The notes under the pieces were generated by a model. The model did no database searches, was not told the DNA's origin, and worked only from the letters and a program-made list of their open reading frames with translations. From the NCBI RefSeq assembly GCF_009914755.1, contig NC_060941.1: a stretch of DNA of 64,000 nucleotides; one strand, written 5' to 3'. Below are positions 34,148 through 48,439 of this stretch, piece after piece (the stretch's first letter is position 1; every line of letters begins with the position of its first letter). The translations under genes and the position numbers were made by a program. Origin of the DNA: the human T2T-CHM13v2.0 reference genome, Homo sapiens.

Positions 34148-35680
34148 GGGCCGGCCGGCTGCCCTCCCCTCAGCTCCTGAAGGTTCAGTGACCACTCTCA
34201 AGTCTCCTCTGATCCCCAACTCCCCGCTCCTCAAGCTGTAACCCCAACCTTAGGATTATCCTTAAAGGCTAGAAAAGCTGAAAAGTGACAGCACTCTGAA
34301 GGGGCACGTGTGTCCCAGGGGAGTGCGGGTGCTGCCCTCGGCCACACCTGAGGTCTCACCGAGCATCACTCTAACTCCAGTGGCCGGAGAGGGGCTTGGT
34401 GCTGGGGCTCCCAGTCTTCCTTTCAATGGATTTGTTCAGAAGCTGTTTTTGCTTTTTTTAAACTGATTTATTTAAAATAAGCCTAACTTTGAAGGCTGCC
34501 ACAGTTCAGGCTGTGTGGGAGCCTGTGTTCTACCGTGTATTCTTATCATCCCTACACCCTGGTGTTCTAACTTCTGTTTGCTTTCCCCAAATTTTGCCAG
34601 CTTCTTGCCCCTGAGAGCTGGAGCTGTGCCCTCTGAACTGCCCGAGACTGTAGTAGCTTCTCTGCAGGGCCCTGGAGGGACCTGCGGTCTCCTGGTCTGC
34701 TTGTGCGATGAGACATTCTCCATGCCAGGGTCTTCCATCCCTCCCGGATGACCTGAGTACAGCCCAACCCCAGAGCTCCCTGTACCCCGCTTTCCTCCCT
34801 ATCCAAGGGAAGGACAGAACTACACTAGGGTTGCCTAAAACCCTGACAAGTGCGAGGCAGGAAGTAGGCGACCAACGCCTCAGTTGATACCTCAGGTGAG
34901 GTCCGTCCCCTGCCCAGCCCTGGGCAAACACTGAAGATTTTATCACCGGGTGTGGGGAGGGCCTGGCCGGCCATGAACTGTGTGGGCCGTTGTTTAGTGC
35001 AGTTCCTCCTTGACCTCAGAAAGCCTGCGGTGGCATTTAGCTTTCTAGAAGGTGGGGATCCACCGCCAGCTCAGACAAACGGAGCTCAGAGGAGCTGGCA
35101 GCTCCTCTGCCAGCGTCCTTGGCACCTCCCCAGCTCCTCTCTGGAGGAAGACACTGGCCACCGTGCCTCCCCAAAGCCTGTCCCTGCCCTGTGGAAGCAG
35201 CACCTCCTTTCTGGTGAACAAAAAGGCTGGCATCAGGCTCCACTCCAGGGGGGTTGGCACAGCTCACACATGCCCTCCCCCTGCTGGGGTTCAGGGAGAG
35301 GAGGGCTGGGCAGCAGTTTACCCTTCAGTAACATGAAACCAAAGTCTGGGTTTTGAGTGAGAACCATCTGTCCCCATGGCTTTCAGGGCAAGGCTCCTGG
35401 TAGGCACATCCTAGCGTGGTCTTGAGAACCTTTGAAGGTGTAAAAAGGGCGTGTTCCCAGAGGCTCCGAGAGCAGCAGCGGATACAGCCGAAAACATCTT
35501 GGAGAGATTCCCCACGTCTCCCACAGGCCTCTAGCGATAAGCTCTTCCTCCTAGAAACTGCTCAGTGTGAAGTGACAGTAGGCTATGCTCCTGGCTAAGG
35601 GTAAGGGGGCCGCAGGTCAGAGCAAGAGGGAGACGTGCTCCCTCACCACATCCCTGGCTTCTAGGTGTGTGAATTCTTTA

Positions 35681-36469
<789 letters not shown>

Positions 36470-36608
36470 TTAGTTCCGGAAGCTGCAGGCGCTGGAGGCT
36501 GACTTTTCCAGAAGAAACAGTATTTCACTACTCTGTGGCCATTCTTACTCCCTTGGCTTAATGAATTCCCGACTCTAGATTCCCGACTCTAGCAGTATCT
36601 TTGCTTAC

Positions 36609-36732
36609 TTTCATTCGGCAAGACGTGAAGTCTTTCCACAGCAAAATTACTCCATCTCCCCTGTCCCAGCTGGCAACGTGGGAAGCTGAGTGAGGAAGGA
36701 AGTTCCATGCAGGCTGGTGCTCTGTGGTCCCT
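36609..36732 (-). other. CANT1: CANT1 5'UTR exon (124 nt); the 195-nt intron after it may be retained
   Basis: long pyrimidine tract plus TTTAG acceptor at 36733-36734; AAA|GTAAGC donor at 36608. Confidence 0.75.
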
Positions 36733-38254
36733 CTAAAGAGAGAAGCGCAGGAGAGTCAGGTGGGAGGGGAAGGCTGACGGGGTGAAGTGGGATAGGATCA
36801 TAGACAGGGTACAGGTCTGTATTTTACTCAAATGCCACCTCATCCAGGAAGCCCTCCCTGACTGCCCTGCTGCAGACATCACCCTCCGTCCCTGGGTCCT
36901 TGGCCCTTGTCCCCACCTGACGTTAGAGTATTGTATACAGTTATCGGTTTGTTTGTTTCTGTCTCCACCTCTGTATCCTGGCTCCTAGAACAGTGCCTGG
37001 CCTGGAGCAGACAGATGTGCAGTAAAGGAGTCTCCACTTCCTCTGGGTTAGGCTCCTGCAGCATTGGAATACCAAACACATCCAAACCAAATAAAAACAC
37101 TCCTTCTTTTTCGTATCTGTTGTTGTTTTTGGCAGTGTCTGTCCCCTGGCGCCTTTCTATTAATGCAAATGACTGCAGGGACCAGAGTCTGCGCTGCCCT
37201 GACTGCCTGGAGGCCAGCGTGTCTGTGCCTTGGCGCCAAAGAACTGCTCGGCTCACTGCGGGGCCTGGCTCGGCCGCAGGCCTCTCCCAGCTCACCCTCC
37301 ACCCCAGGCGTGGCTCTGTGGCAGAGCCCCAGGGTCAGGGTGCTGGTGGCGGCCAGGAACTGCAGCCCTTCACTGCTGTCGCCAAGCCCACTTCCCGGGC
37401 ATACAGCATGATGGCTCAGTGCAGCCATGGGGCACCAGGCCCACGTCTGCGCCGCCTTGGTGAGAGCTGCCTGTCTCTGGACAGCCGCCAAGTGCCACAG
37501 TGGGGCGTGGGGAGACAGCTCCCGGTGCTTCGATCGAGAACACTGGCCCTGGGCAGAGGTTCCATATCTCTGCCCTCCAACTATAGCTCAGTGAATCCCG
37601 GCCTGAGAAGCTTCCCTGGCTGGGTCCTCCTTGAGAAAACAACAAAGCAGCAAACATGTGCCTTTATGGGCAGACGCTGTCCTCCCTGCCAGGGCGCCTG
37701 GGAAGGGCTTGGGGACTCCAGTGGCTCCGTGCAATTCTGGGCCCCAAATATGTGGACCACGAGGCCCTGGTGCACGGCAGCCAGCAACAGACACCCCCAC
37801 CAGAGACACCCCCTTCTCCACGCCGCAGCCTGCTGGGCTGAGAAGATACAAAAACAGGGTGACAATTCCACATGGAACTTTCGGACAGTCCTAGGTTTTA
37901 GCCCCAGGGTGAGGTTCAAGGAGTGAACAAGGCACATACGTGGAACCTGCTGCTCAGAGTGATCCTCCTAACAGCACAGGGGGGCTGCCAGCAGTTCCTC
38001 CAGGCCCGCAGGGAAGACTCCATGCTCCCTTTAAGGGGCAGGCCTCTCAGGACCCCCTGAGGTGGTCACAGGGCTGATCACCGGGGCCTTCCCGGCAGCA
38101 GGGCTGGGGTTCCCCGTGCTGGACATCCTCCTCTGACTGCATCCAGGCCCTGCCCCTTTTCTAGTCCCAAGGCCTCAAAACCCCAGCCAGGCCCAAGAAG
38201 TCTCCACTGAGCTCGAATTACTCTATCTTACCTGCTATGCCAATCCCGCCTACA

Positions 38255-38860
<606 letters not shown>

Positions 38861-40858
38861 CCCCTTACCTGCATTTCTGACATGCGTCTTAGACATTTCA
38901 AGACACGAGTCCTGTGCAGCTTTTCCCTCAAGCCTACTTGCTCCTCGTCTCCCCTTGGGAAGGGTAGTGGTGACGGGTGGCCACCGTGTCCACAGTGGTC
39001 TGGTTCAAGCTCTCTCAGGATCCTGGGAGATGTGCTTTTCTGTGTGAATATACACTTCGATAAAAACATAAGGCACTGCCACCACGAAAAACCTGACTGG
39101 CCTCATCCTCCGTCTTCCTTCCTCAGCATTGACTCCGTGGACAGGTTCTGTCCTCTTCCATGGCCCTTCCTCACCATGCCATGCCGGCTGCCTCCCTCCA
39201 CCCCTCCTGCCTCTCCGCCCCTGACACTCCCATACCCCCCGCCATGAAGTTGCCCTGCCAGCTGCCCCCCACCAACATCCCCTGACACTCCCTCGCCACC
39301 TGCCATGAAGTAGCATCCATCAGATGGCACACTCCCAGCTTCAGCGGCTTCCTCAGGTCCTGGGGTGAACCCACTCTGCTCCCGCTCAGCCCTCACACTG
39401 TACCATCTCCTCTGCCTGCCGGCTGGCTACATAGACCTCCTTCTGTCCCCTGACCACACTGGCCCTGGCAGAGCCTGCAGTTCCCCCTGCCTGGAACAGT
39501 CGGGCCTGCTCTTCGCACCAGCAGCTCGGTCTCTCCTACGGGGCATCAGCTCCCTGGGAAGACTTGCCCACTCGCCCTCCCTCCCATGCCGCTCCGGCTC
39601 TCCCACCGTCCCTGCCTGGCTAGGTGATTATTTCTGCTCCTGGGGCAGGGATCTGGCCACTGTCACAGCCCCAGCACCTGACGCACTGCCAGGCAGGGAG
39701 CAGACAGTCTGCACGCATTGGCTGAAGGGAAAGAGATGCCAGGTGAGCCATTAGCCACTTCTTCAACAGCCCCTCTGCACTCTACCGGGGGCCCCACCTT
39801 AGGCATATTATGAACCCACAACCTGGATCAAGCACCCCAAAGATCGAGCTGCTCAGCTGCCACATCTGAGCTGCAGGCCCGGGAAGACGGTGCTTGCCAG
39901 CACAGAACAACGGTGCCTGCATAGACTGCTGTCAGACATCGTGAGGTGTCGTCGTCACCAGCCCCTGGAACCCCCATGTTCTTCCCTGTTCAACTCCCTC
40001 AGCACTCCGGAGAGCCACTGTCCTCACCTTCACCATTCCTGTCAAATCTCCGGCCCACTTCTCCCAGGAGACCACTCTGTGGCCAACTTCAGCAGCCGAG
40101 GCCTCTGGGTGGGGCTCACACCTGCCACTCAGGTCAGTCCCCCCAGCCGCCGGGCACCTGCTCTTCTGGTTCCTCCCTTCCATCCACAGGCTGCCCCAAG
40201 TCGCCCACCTTGTCACCATTTTACCTCCAGACCCCACACTCCCACAGACACTCAACTGCTGCTGAATAAATGGCGAATCTGTTAATGAAGGAAAACCCTT
40301 CCCTGAGTCCCCGGCACCTCTGTCCCTTCCCACCCCCGCCCAGGCCCCCTCGCCCACCATGGTACAAGAGCACCCACACCTACACCCTCTCCTTCCCTCT
40401 GGCTAATCCTCAGAAGCAGCCACCTGAAGCCTTCACCAGTGGCAAACCCAGTGAGCACATTGTCAGTGTCCCTCCTCGAGGCAGGGGGGCACTCTCTGTG
40501 GGCCTCCTCCCAGGCAGGTCTTCTCGGCCCCCACTGCTGGCAGCCCACTGACCTCTCCCAGGGCCTGCCCTCTAAGGTGAAGACCCCCACGCCTTTCTAG
40601 CCTGACCTAGTCTCTGAGCCTCCTCATCCGATACCCACAGGCACCGCAAACCAGGTCCTCCTCAGGAACTCCCTGTCCTGGCAGTGCCGGCCCTCAGGAG
40701 CCATCCCAGGAAGCAATTCGTCCTAACCCTCCTCCCTCCCCAGCCCCACGTGTCCCACCCAGCTTGAGACTCGCTTCCCTTCTCCCCATCCACACAGCCT
40801 CGGCTCCAGTTCCATCTCACCCTGATGACTCTCAGAGTCTTGGTCTAATGATCTAGAC

Positions 40859-41024
40859 CAAGCTTGTCCAACATGTGGTCCAACACAAATTCGTAAACTT
40901 TCTTAAAACATGATGAGATGAGATTTTTTGTTAAGCTCATCAGCTATCAATGGATTTTATGTGTGGCCCAAGACAATTCTTCTTCCAATGTGGCCCAGGG
41001 AAGCCAAAAGATTGGACACCCCTG
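40859..41024 (-). mobile_element. MER30 hAT-Charlie MITE
   Basis: CAGGGGTGTCCAATCTTTTGGCTTCCCTGGGCCAC on -; 8-bp TSD atctagac/atatagac. Confidence 0.85.
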
Positions 41025-41169
41025 ATATAGACCATCTGGGCTCAGCCAAGGGACTTCCCTTGGCCTCAGTTTACTTCCCGGAGCCATGCTGATGGGGTTA
41101 GAGAACTGTGCACAGGGGCTGACTGCTACTGCTTCTCACTCACTCTACAAGTACCCTCTCGCCTGCTGG

Positions 41170-41463
41170 GAGGGTTGCAAACTACCACCCGTGGGCCAAA
41201 TGCAGTCTCCCGCCTAGTGTGTAGATGCGGCCTGTGTGGCCTGGTATGTGGTTGCAGCTTGGTGTGTAGACTCTGCCTGGTGTGTAGACGCGGCCTGCGT
41301 AGACGCGGCCTGCTGTGTAGTCACGTCCTGGTGTGTAGATGTGGCTGATTAAAGCCAGCTAGGACTCCTCCCTGGCATGCTGAGTCTGGCTGCACCGTTG
41401 AGTGGTCGCAACAGACTGTGGAGGCTGAAAATACTGACTCCCTGTCCCTCGACAGATCCCTGG
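41170..41463 (+). mobile_element. MER58-like hAT MITE with internal tandem repeats
   Basis: agggttgcaaactaccacccgtgggccaaat start resembles the MER58 TIR region. Confidence 0.55.
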
Positions 41464-42690
41464 TCAAGACCATCTCAAATCACCCTCCACAAAACTGACA
41501 GAATAATTTTTCCAAAAAGCAAGTCTGGATTCCAAGTCTAGTAGATCCCAATGCCTTCCATCTGAAGGACAAACGTCTCAGCCTGCAGAGAAAGCCTCAG
41601 TGGGTTTTTCCCCCTGCACTCCCAGGAGCAGGACCTCTCCCAGGTCGCTGTGCAACACTGCACGCCTTCCTATTCCAGACTCCTGGCATCTACACCGTGG
41701 CACACGCTCCCCACCCGGGAGGCTCATGTCCTCTGACCACATGGAACCAGAGGTGTCTGAGTCCCGGCGTCTCTGCCCCTCTGGGGAATCAGTGTGACGG
41801 AGGCAGGGGCCTTTCCTCCAGGAGCTCAGCACAGTTGGGGAGACAGACTTTGAACAGTCCCGTGTGGTCAGTGTTACCTCGAGGTCACGCTGATTCCCCA
41901 GAGCTAACAGAGGGGCAGAGACGCCAGGGCCTCAGCCACCTTTGGTTAAACAAGGGACTGCTTCTAGTGACAAGAGAACTCTGTGTACCTTCCAGAAAAT
42001 TCCTTTAACTTCAGCACCAGAACACCTTCCCTTGGGCTTCATCTCTCCTTCAGGACCCCAAGGAATTATTTTATTTTGCAAAAAAATTTCAAATCAGATG
42101 CCTTTGCCACAGCCCATGCTGGTGTATGAGCTACCACTGGCTGCCGGGGTGCCTGGCTGCCGGCGCCTGCTGCAGGCAAGAGTTTGCATGTTCTTTAAAA
42201 AGCTGGGTTCTTTTTCGGGGGTGGGGGGTGGGGGGGCTCTTTTGTTTGTTGCCAGCCAGAAACAACAGAAATGAACCGGCGAGGGTAAGACACAAGATGG
42301 ACAAAGTCCTTTCCAGAAGGGGCTCGTGTGAGGCTTCTCCCTACACCCCTCAAAGCTTAAGCAGTTTAAATGCTCGCTTTATTGTGAAAAGATTGACAAA
42401 CCCAGTGCCTGCAGAGTAATGGTTTGATTTTAGATAATCAGCAACAAGAGGACTCAGGGACTACAGCAAAGTCATGGGTTCTGTGGCCAGCCAGGCTCTC
42501 CTGTTCAGTGGGGCTGCAAACCAGCTATCTCCCAGACTCAGGGGCCTACAGGGACAGGACCCCTGCTGCTGCCTGGAGAGCACTCACAGGAGCACTCACA
42601 GGAGGAATAACCACCTGCAAGGCTTGCAAGGCACCACGGAGGCATCTGTCCATCCCACAGGACACTCCCAGAGCGCAGGGGAGCCACCAG

Positions 42691-44223
42691 TGAGGGAGCT
42701 GGGAGTTAGGGAGCGGGGAGTTAGGGAGTAGGGAGTTGGGGGGGAGTTAGGGAGGGGGGAATTGGGGAGGGGAGTTAGGAAGAGGGGAGTTAGGGAGAGG
42801 GGAGTTAGTGAGTGGGGAGTTAGGGAGGGGGAGTTAGGGAGAGGGGAGTTAGGGAGGGGAGTTAGGGAGGGGAGTTAGGGAGAGGGGAGTTAGGGAGGGG
42901 AGTTAGGGAGGGGAGTTAGGGAGAGGGGAGTTAGGGAGAGGAGTTGGGGGGGAGTTAGGGAGGGGTGTTAGGGAGAGGGGGGTTAGGGAGAGGGGAGTTA
43001 GGGAGAGGGAGGTTAGGGAGGGGAGTTAGGGAGAGGAGAGTTAGGGAGAGGGGAGCTAGGGAGAGGACAGTTAGGGAGAGGAGTTAGGGAGGGGGGAGTT
43101 AGGGAGGGGAGTTAGGGAGAGGGGAGTTAGGGAGAGGGAGGTTAGGGAGGGGAGTTAGGGAGAGGGGGGTTAGGGAGAGGGGGGTTAGGGAGAAGGGAGT
43201 TAGGGAGGGGAGTTAGGGAGAGGGGAGTTAGGGAGGGGGGAGTTAGGGAGAGGAGTTAAGGAGAGGGGAGTTAGGGAGGGGGGAGTTAGGGAGAGGAGTT
43301 AAGGAGAGGGGAGTTAGGGAGGGGGGAGTTAGGGAGAGGAGTTAAGGAGAGGGGAGTTAGGGAGAGGGGAGTTAGGGAGAGGAGTTGGGGGGGAGTTAGG
43401 GAGGGGAGTTAGGGAGAGGGGAGTTAGGGAGGGGGGAGTTAGGGAGAGGGGGGTTAGGGAGAAGGGAGTTAGGGAGGGGAGTTAGGGAGAGGGGAGTTAG
43501 GGAGGGGGGAGTTAGGGAGAGGAGTTAAGGAGAGGGGAGTTAGGGAGGGGAGTTAGGGAGAGGGGAGTTAGGGAGAGGGGAGCTGGGGGGGAGTTATGGA
43601 GCAAGGAGTTAGGGAGGGGGGAGTTAGGGAGATGGGAGTTAGGGAGAGGGGGGTTAGGGAGAGGGGAGTTAGGGAGGGGAGTTAGGGAGAAGGGAGTTAG
43701 GGAGAGGGGAGCTAGGGAGAGGGGGGTTAGGGAAGGGGGAGTTAGGGAGGGGAGTTAGGGAGGGGAGTTAGGGAGAGGGGATTTAGGGAGGGGGGAGTTA
43801 GGGAGAGGAGTTAAGGAGAGGGGAGTTAGGGAGGGGAGTTAGGGAGAGGGGAGCTGGGGGGGAGTTATGGAGCAAGGAGTTAGGGAGGGGGGAGTTAGGG
43901 AGATGGGAGTTAGGGAGAGGGGGGTTAGGGAGAGGGGAGTTAGGGAGGGGAGTTAGGGAGAAGGGAGTTAGGGAGAGGGGAGCTAGGGAGAGGGGGGTTA
44001 GGGAAGGGGGAGTTAGGGAGGGGAGTTAGGGAGAGGGGGGTTAGGGAGAAGGGAGTTAGGGAGAGGGGATTTAGGGAGGGGGGAGTTAGGGAGAGGAGTT
44101 AAGGAGAGGGGAGTTAGGGAAGGGAGTTAGGGAGAGGGGAGTTAGGGAGAAGGGAGTTAGGGAGGGGGGAGTTAGGGAGGTGAGAGTTAAAGAGCGAGGA
44201 GTTAGGGAGCGGGGAGTTAGGGA
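42691..44223. repeat. G-rich VNTR, ~13-16 bp unit GGGGAGTTAGGGAGA
   Basis: ~1.5 kb of tandem units, nearly all containing TTAGGG. Confidence 0.97.
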
Positions 44224-45099
44224 AACTGTGCTTTTCTCTGTGCACACCCAGGAGGCGTCTCCCTGCTGCTGCCCTTTCCCAGGAGAAGGGCTCAGGGGCC
44301 ACCTACCTCCCGAGGCCATCCCCAGGCCTGCCGCTGCACTCTGAGCAAGGCTATAATGAAGGGAGTGGCGACTCCCTGGACAGCAGACAGCCAAGAGGGT
44401 TTGTTTCTCCAGCTTCCTGCAGGAGTGGAATAGGACAGGTGGCAGAACCAGCAGGTTTACTGAGGGCTGCCAGGCTCCTCCCTTTCAGGATCCAGGCAGG
44501 GCAGGAAGCCACATCATCCTGTTAAGAGGCCGCCACATCCTAGCCCCCACCTCCTTGGAAGGGACGGGTAGGCAGGTGGCAGGTGCGCCAACCCCTTATC
44601 TCTGGAGAAGAGCTACCTTCCTTTCCCTTCCCACACCCAGAGAGCAGGCAGGCAGGCCTCAGAGTGCCCACTGTGTTCACTGCCATGGTAAAGAGCAAAC
44701 CCCACTGACCTACAGACTCTTCAGCACAGCCAAGGCAGAAGCCAAGGCCTTCACACACTCATGCTAACAGCGCCTGAGAGAACACGGGTGGCGCATCTCA
44801 AAGAAACACTTATTAATGCCTGCTATGGGCCAGACTCCTTGAAAACGTTACCTGATTCCTGCTTTGGCACTTGCAAGGCTAACTATTGTACCTGCAAATT
44901 CCACGGCAAATCTCCTCGGGGGTGGGCAGTACAAGGAAACCAGAAAGGAAGAAGGTCACAGGGAGTCTGGTTAGGCCATCCTGCCTCCACAGACAGCACG
45001 CTCCTTAAAGGTCAAGCTCAGGATCTGACTGACTTCTGCACCTGTCCCCGCCCCTAGTATCCAGCACACGGCAGGCAGCAGGCACCGTCCTGTGGGACA

Positions 45100-45430
45100 G
45101 AAGCCTCACACGGGCCATGGCTCCATTCTCATGCCTCTTCCAGCTTCTGGAGGCACCCACATTCCCTGCCTGGTGGCCCCTCCTCCCCCTCCAAAGCCCG
45201 CCCACTGCACTTCCCCAAGGCTCTTGGCCATCATCTCCCTCCGGCTCTTCTGCTTCCCTCTTCTGTTCTTAAGGACCCTGTGATTACACTGGGCTCCCTG
45301 GGAAAATCCAGGATCATCTCACAAGGCCGGCTGATCAGCAACCTTAATTCCCCTTTGCCATGTAATGTAACATATTCACAGGCTCAGAAGGTAGGACGTG
45401 GACATCTCGGGGAGCTGTTCCTCCACCAAT
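45100..45430 (-). mobile_element. MaLR LTR (MLT1B/C-like)
   Basis: cttccagcttctggaggc...aaggaccctgtgattacactgggc...gtaacatattcacagg...ggacgtggacatct. Confidence 0.7.
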
Positions 45431-47974
45431 CACAGGAGGAAGAGGGGAAAGAGCCTCCAGGTTTTTCCAAGGGCCAGGACCAGTCACTGTCTATGGTGTG
45501 GGCGCACAGCTTCAGAACCCTCTACGGTTTGCAGTTACTGCCTTGTAAAGAGGCTGTGTCTGCTTAATTTGTATCATCGATGTTACACCTGGAGGAATTT
45601 TAGCCAAAAGGCGACCTTCTCAGTTGAAAGGCACATTCCAAATGGCACCACACATCTGGGAAGGTGTCCTTTTCCAGAGTGTGTGAAAATAACGGGATGG
45701 GATCATCGCCCCATGGACCTGGATCAGGGCTGCCTTCCACACCGCGGTGGCACCTGCACGAGCCCACCTGCTTACTGCCACCTTCTCTCCTCACGCTTTC
45801 CTCCAGGCTCGGCTCCCGGGACACAAAGGCCGAATCGCCAGGACTTTCACTCAACCCGGCAACACCCTCAGAGCCATTCTGGGGGGTCCCAGTCTCACCT
45901 CTGCCCCACTCCCACATGGTGGCATCACGCACTGTCTTAAGTCTTAAGCCAGACTTCAACGCCTTCTTCACTTCCCATAAAACCATCCCAGAGGAACGCG
46001 GGGAGCAGCGTCCTGCCTGGGAACCAGGCGCTCCACATGACCACTGCACGCATGACAAAGACGAGCAGGGTCCAAAACAAAAAACAGAACGTCTCCCCAA
46101 ACAGACTTCTCTACTGCCAGGATGATTTTTTCCTAATTAACCATCTTGATTAAAGTAAAAGGAAAATCAACATGAACATTCTTAAGAATTAATATAAAAG
46201 TTTCTAATTCCCTTGATATTGGCATTTCATAAGAGCTTTCCAGGAAATCTCGATAGTTCAGAGTGCACTGAGTGAAAAGAATGAATGCTGTGTGTCCTTG
46301 GCATCCCTGGTACCATTCAACAAACAATAGAAAAATGACCTCCTTGTGATAGTACTGACCCATTTCAGGACCTGGACAATAGTTCCAAGTCTCAGATCTT
46401 CTGTTTTTGAAAGAGAAAACACTACAGCATTTATACATCTACCTATCTACCTATACGGTTGCCAGAAAGTACCGAGACTCCGAGGACGGGCCATATGTAC
46501 TTGGGGGAGCCTGCACAGGCACACACACCTCGAAAGCCACATCCAGGTGGCAGGGTAAAAACACCCACAGGGCCAGGAGAACTGCTGCTACCACACCCTG
46601 GGTCTCCTCACGTACTCTGCAGCTCAGGGGGGTCCTGCAGACCAGGTGCACAGTGACGGGTGAGTGAAAACGTTCTGGAGTACCAAGAGCTTTTACACCA
46701 ACACATTTACTAAGCTGCCATGGGCTAGGAAAATATGGTTATAGCCTAAGGGGAAGAAAGGAGACCTCTGGCAATCAGAAGCGTCAAGCCTCAGATGTGC
46801 CCCTCCAGCGAGGTGTCCCAGGGTCCAGGGGTCCTATCCCGCTGCGAGTGGAGGGTTCCCTCTACCACCTTGTGACATGTCATTCTCTTTTGTGATCACG
46901 TTAATTTGGACATGAAAAAGTGACACTAGAAGTTGGTCCCCACACTGCTGCGGTGGCCTCATGACAGTGCCTGGACAAATCCATGCTTCACCTGAGTCCT
47001 GGCCGTGAAGATGCCTGGGGCTGCCCCGACAGGAAACCCTTGCCACGTCCAGAGGGGAGAGGGTTGGCTCCTTCAGTGTGCCTTTCAGCAGGGGCGTGTG
47101 CTAGGATAGAGGGCTCATTGAGGCCAGCAGGGAGGAGCACCTGGGAGGAGCCCCACTGCCGTTCCACAGGCTCCAGCCAGACTGTCCTGCTGAGAGGCCT
47201 GCGGTGGGGCTGCAGGGAGGGTCTGTGGTCCAGGCCTGGAGGGACCTTTCTCAGCAAAGCTCCTCAGAGGGAGAGGGAGGAAGAGCTGGGAGATAGCGGA
47301 TCCTGAAGGGCTGCGGCACCCGCTTCCTTTTAGGAGCCTTCTACGACCTGACACTTGTTTCAAGTTTGGGCCCTTACACTGGAGAGCTAGCCGGATTCAC
47401 TTGACACCAAGAGCCTCACATTTCCAAACCTCTGCTTTGTTGAAAATGTGGTAGGAAAGGCCATAGGGCATACAACCTCAAGAATAAAATAAGAAATGGA
47501 GCTGGGACACTAAGAGACGGCTTTTCCAGGGGTCACTAAGGGGGAAAGGTGTTTGGGAGAGAGATGTGTCTGCTGATGGAAGAGTGGTCACAGGTGCTCT
47601 GTGCCAAGCCTAGGGTACACAGAGGGCAAGGGAAAGACCATTCGGAGGGAGAAGCAAAGGCACCAGGCAACATGGACTGGCAAGGAGGTACCAGTCTCCA
47701 AGGATGAGAGAATCCAGACCGGATGGCAGTAGGGGTGTGAGACAGGTATGGTGGGGAGGGCGAATCATTTGCATGCAGGAAGATGAGAGTGAGCTGTGTG
47801 CCTGGAGGAAGGCTCCAAATTGGATGAGGGCAGGGAGAGCAAGGACTGGGATGGGGTGGGGAAGGTTGGCCTGTTACAGGTTTGACCAAGTGCCAGTCAG
47901 AGGGAGAAAATTCCCTTATCAGTCCAAGGAGACCCTGCATAGACCAGAGGAGGGGTATTTGAAGTCAGAAGGTG

Positions 47975-48365
47975 GTGGGAGGGGGTCATTCCCAGGAGGG
48001 GTGCCCCACACTAGCCAGAGCGGGGAGGCGTCCCACACTAATCAGAGGGGGATGGTCCCCACACTAACCAGAGGGGGAGGTGCCCCACATGAATCAGAGG
48101 GGGGTGGTCCCCACACTAATCAGAGCGGGGAGGTGCCCCACAGTAATCAGAGGGGGATGGTCCCCAAACTAATTAGAAGGGGGGTGTCCCACACTAATCA
48201 GAGCGGGGAGGAGTCACATAATCAGAGGGGGGAGGTGCCCACACTAATCAGAGGGGAATGGTCCCCACACTAATTAGAGAGGAGGGGTGCCCACACTAAC
48301 CAGAGGGTAATGGTCCCCACGCTAGTCCCAGGGATGAGGTGTCCCAAAAGTCAGAGGGGGTGGTG
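47975..48365. repeat. ~26-bp minisatellite cccacactaatcagagggggatggt
   Basis: units at 48005, 48032, 48058, 48084, 48110, 48136 etc. Confidence 0.9.
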
Positions 48366-48439
48366 TCCACCGCCTGTCGGAAGAAGGGGACTTTCCCACA
48401 GGTCAGAGGGCAGAGTCCCAGCCCAGTCTGCGAGTCAGG

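Noticed and set aside
36907-37926. 339-aa plus-strand ORF antisense to CANT1
   Set aside because: Non-ATG (TTG) start, begins in L2-like sequence, no recognisable domain; consistent with chance in GC-rich DNA.
42691-44223. Interstitial telomere, chromosome-fusion relic or HHV-6 integration
   Set aside because: TTAGGG is never in tandem, there is no inverted CCCTAA arm, and no viral or subtelomeric flanks.
47704-48273. 189-aa repetitive ORF
   Set aside because: Largely a translation of the 26-bp minisatellite.
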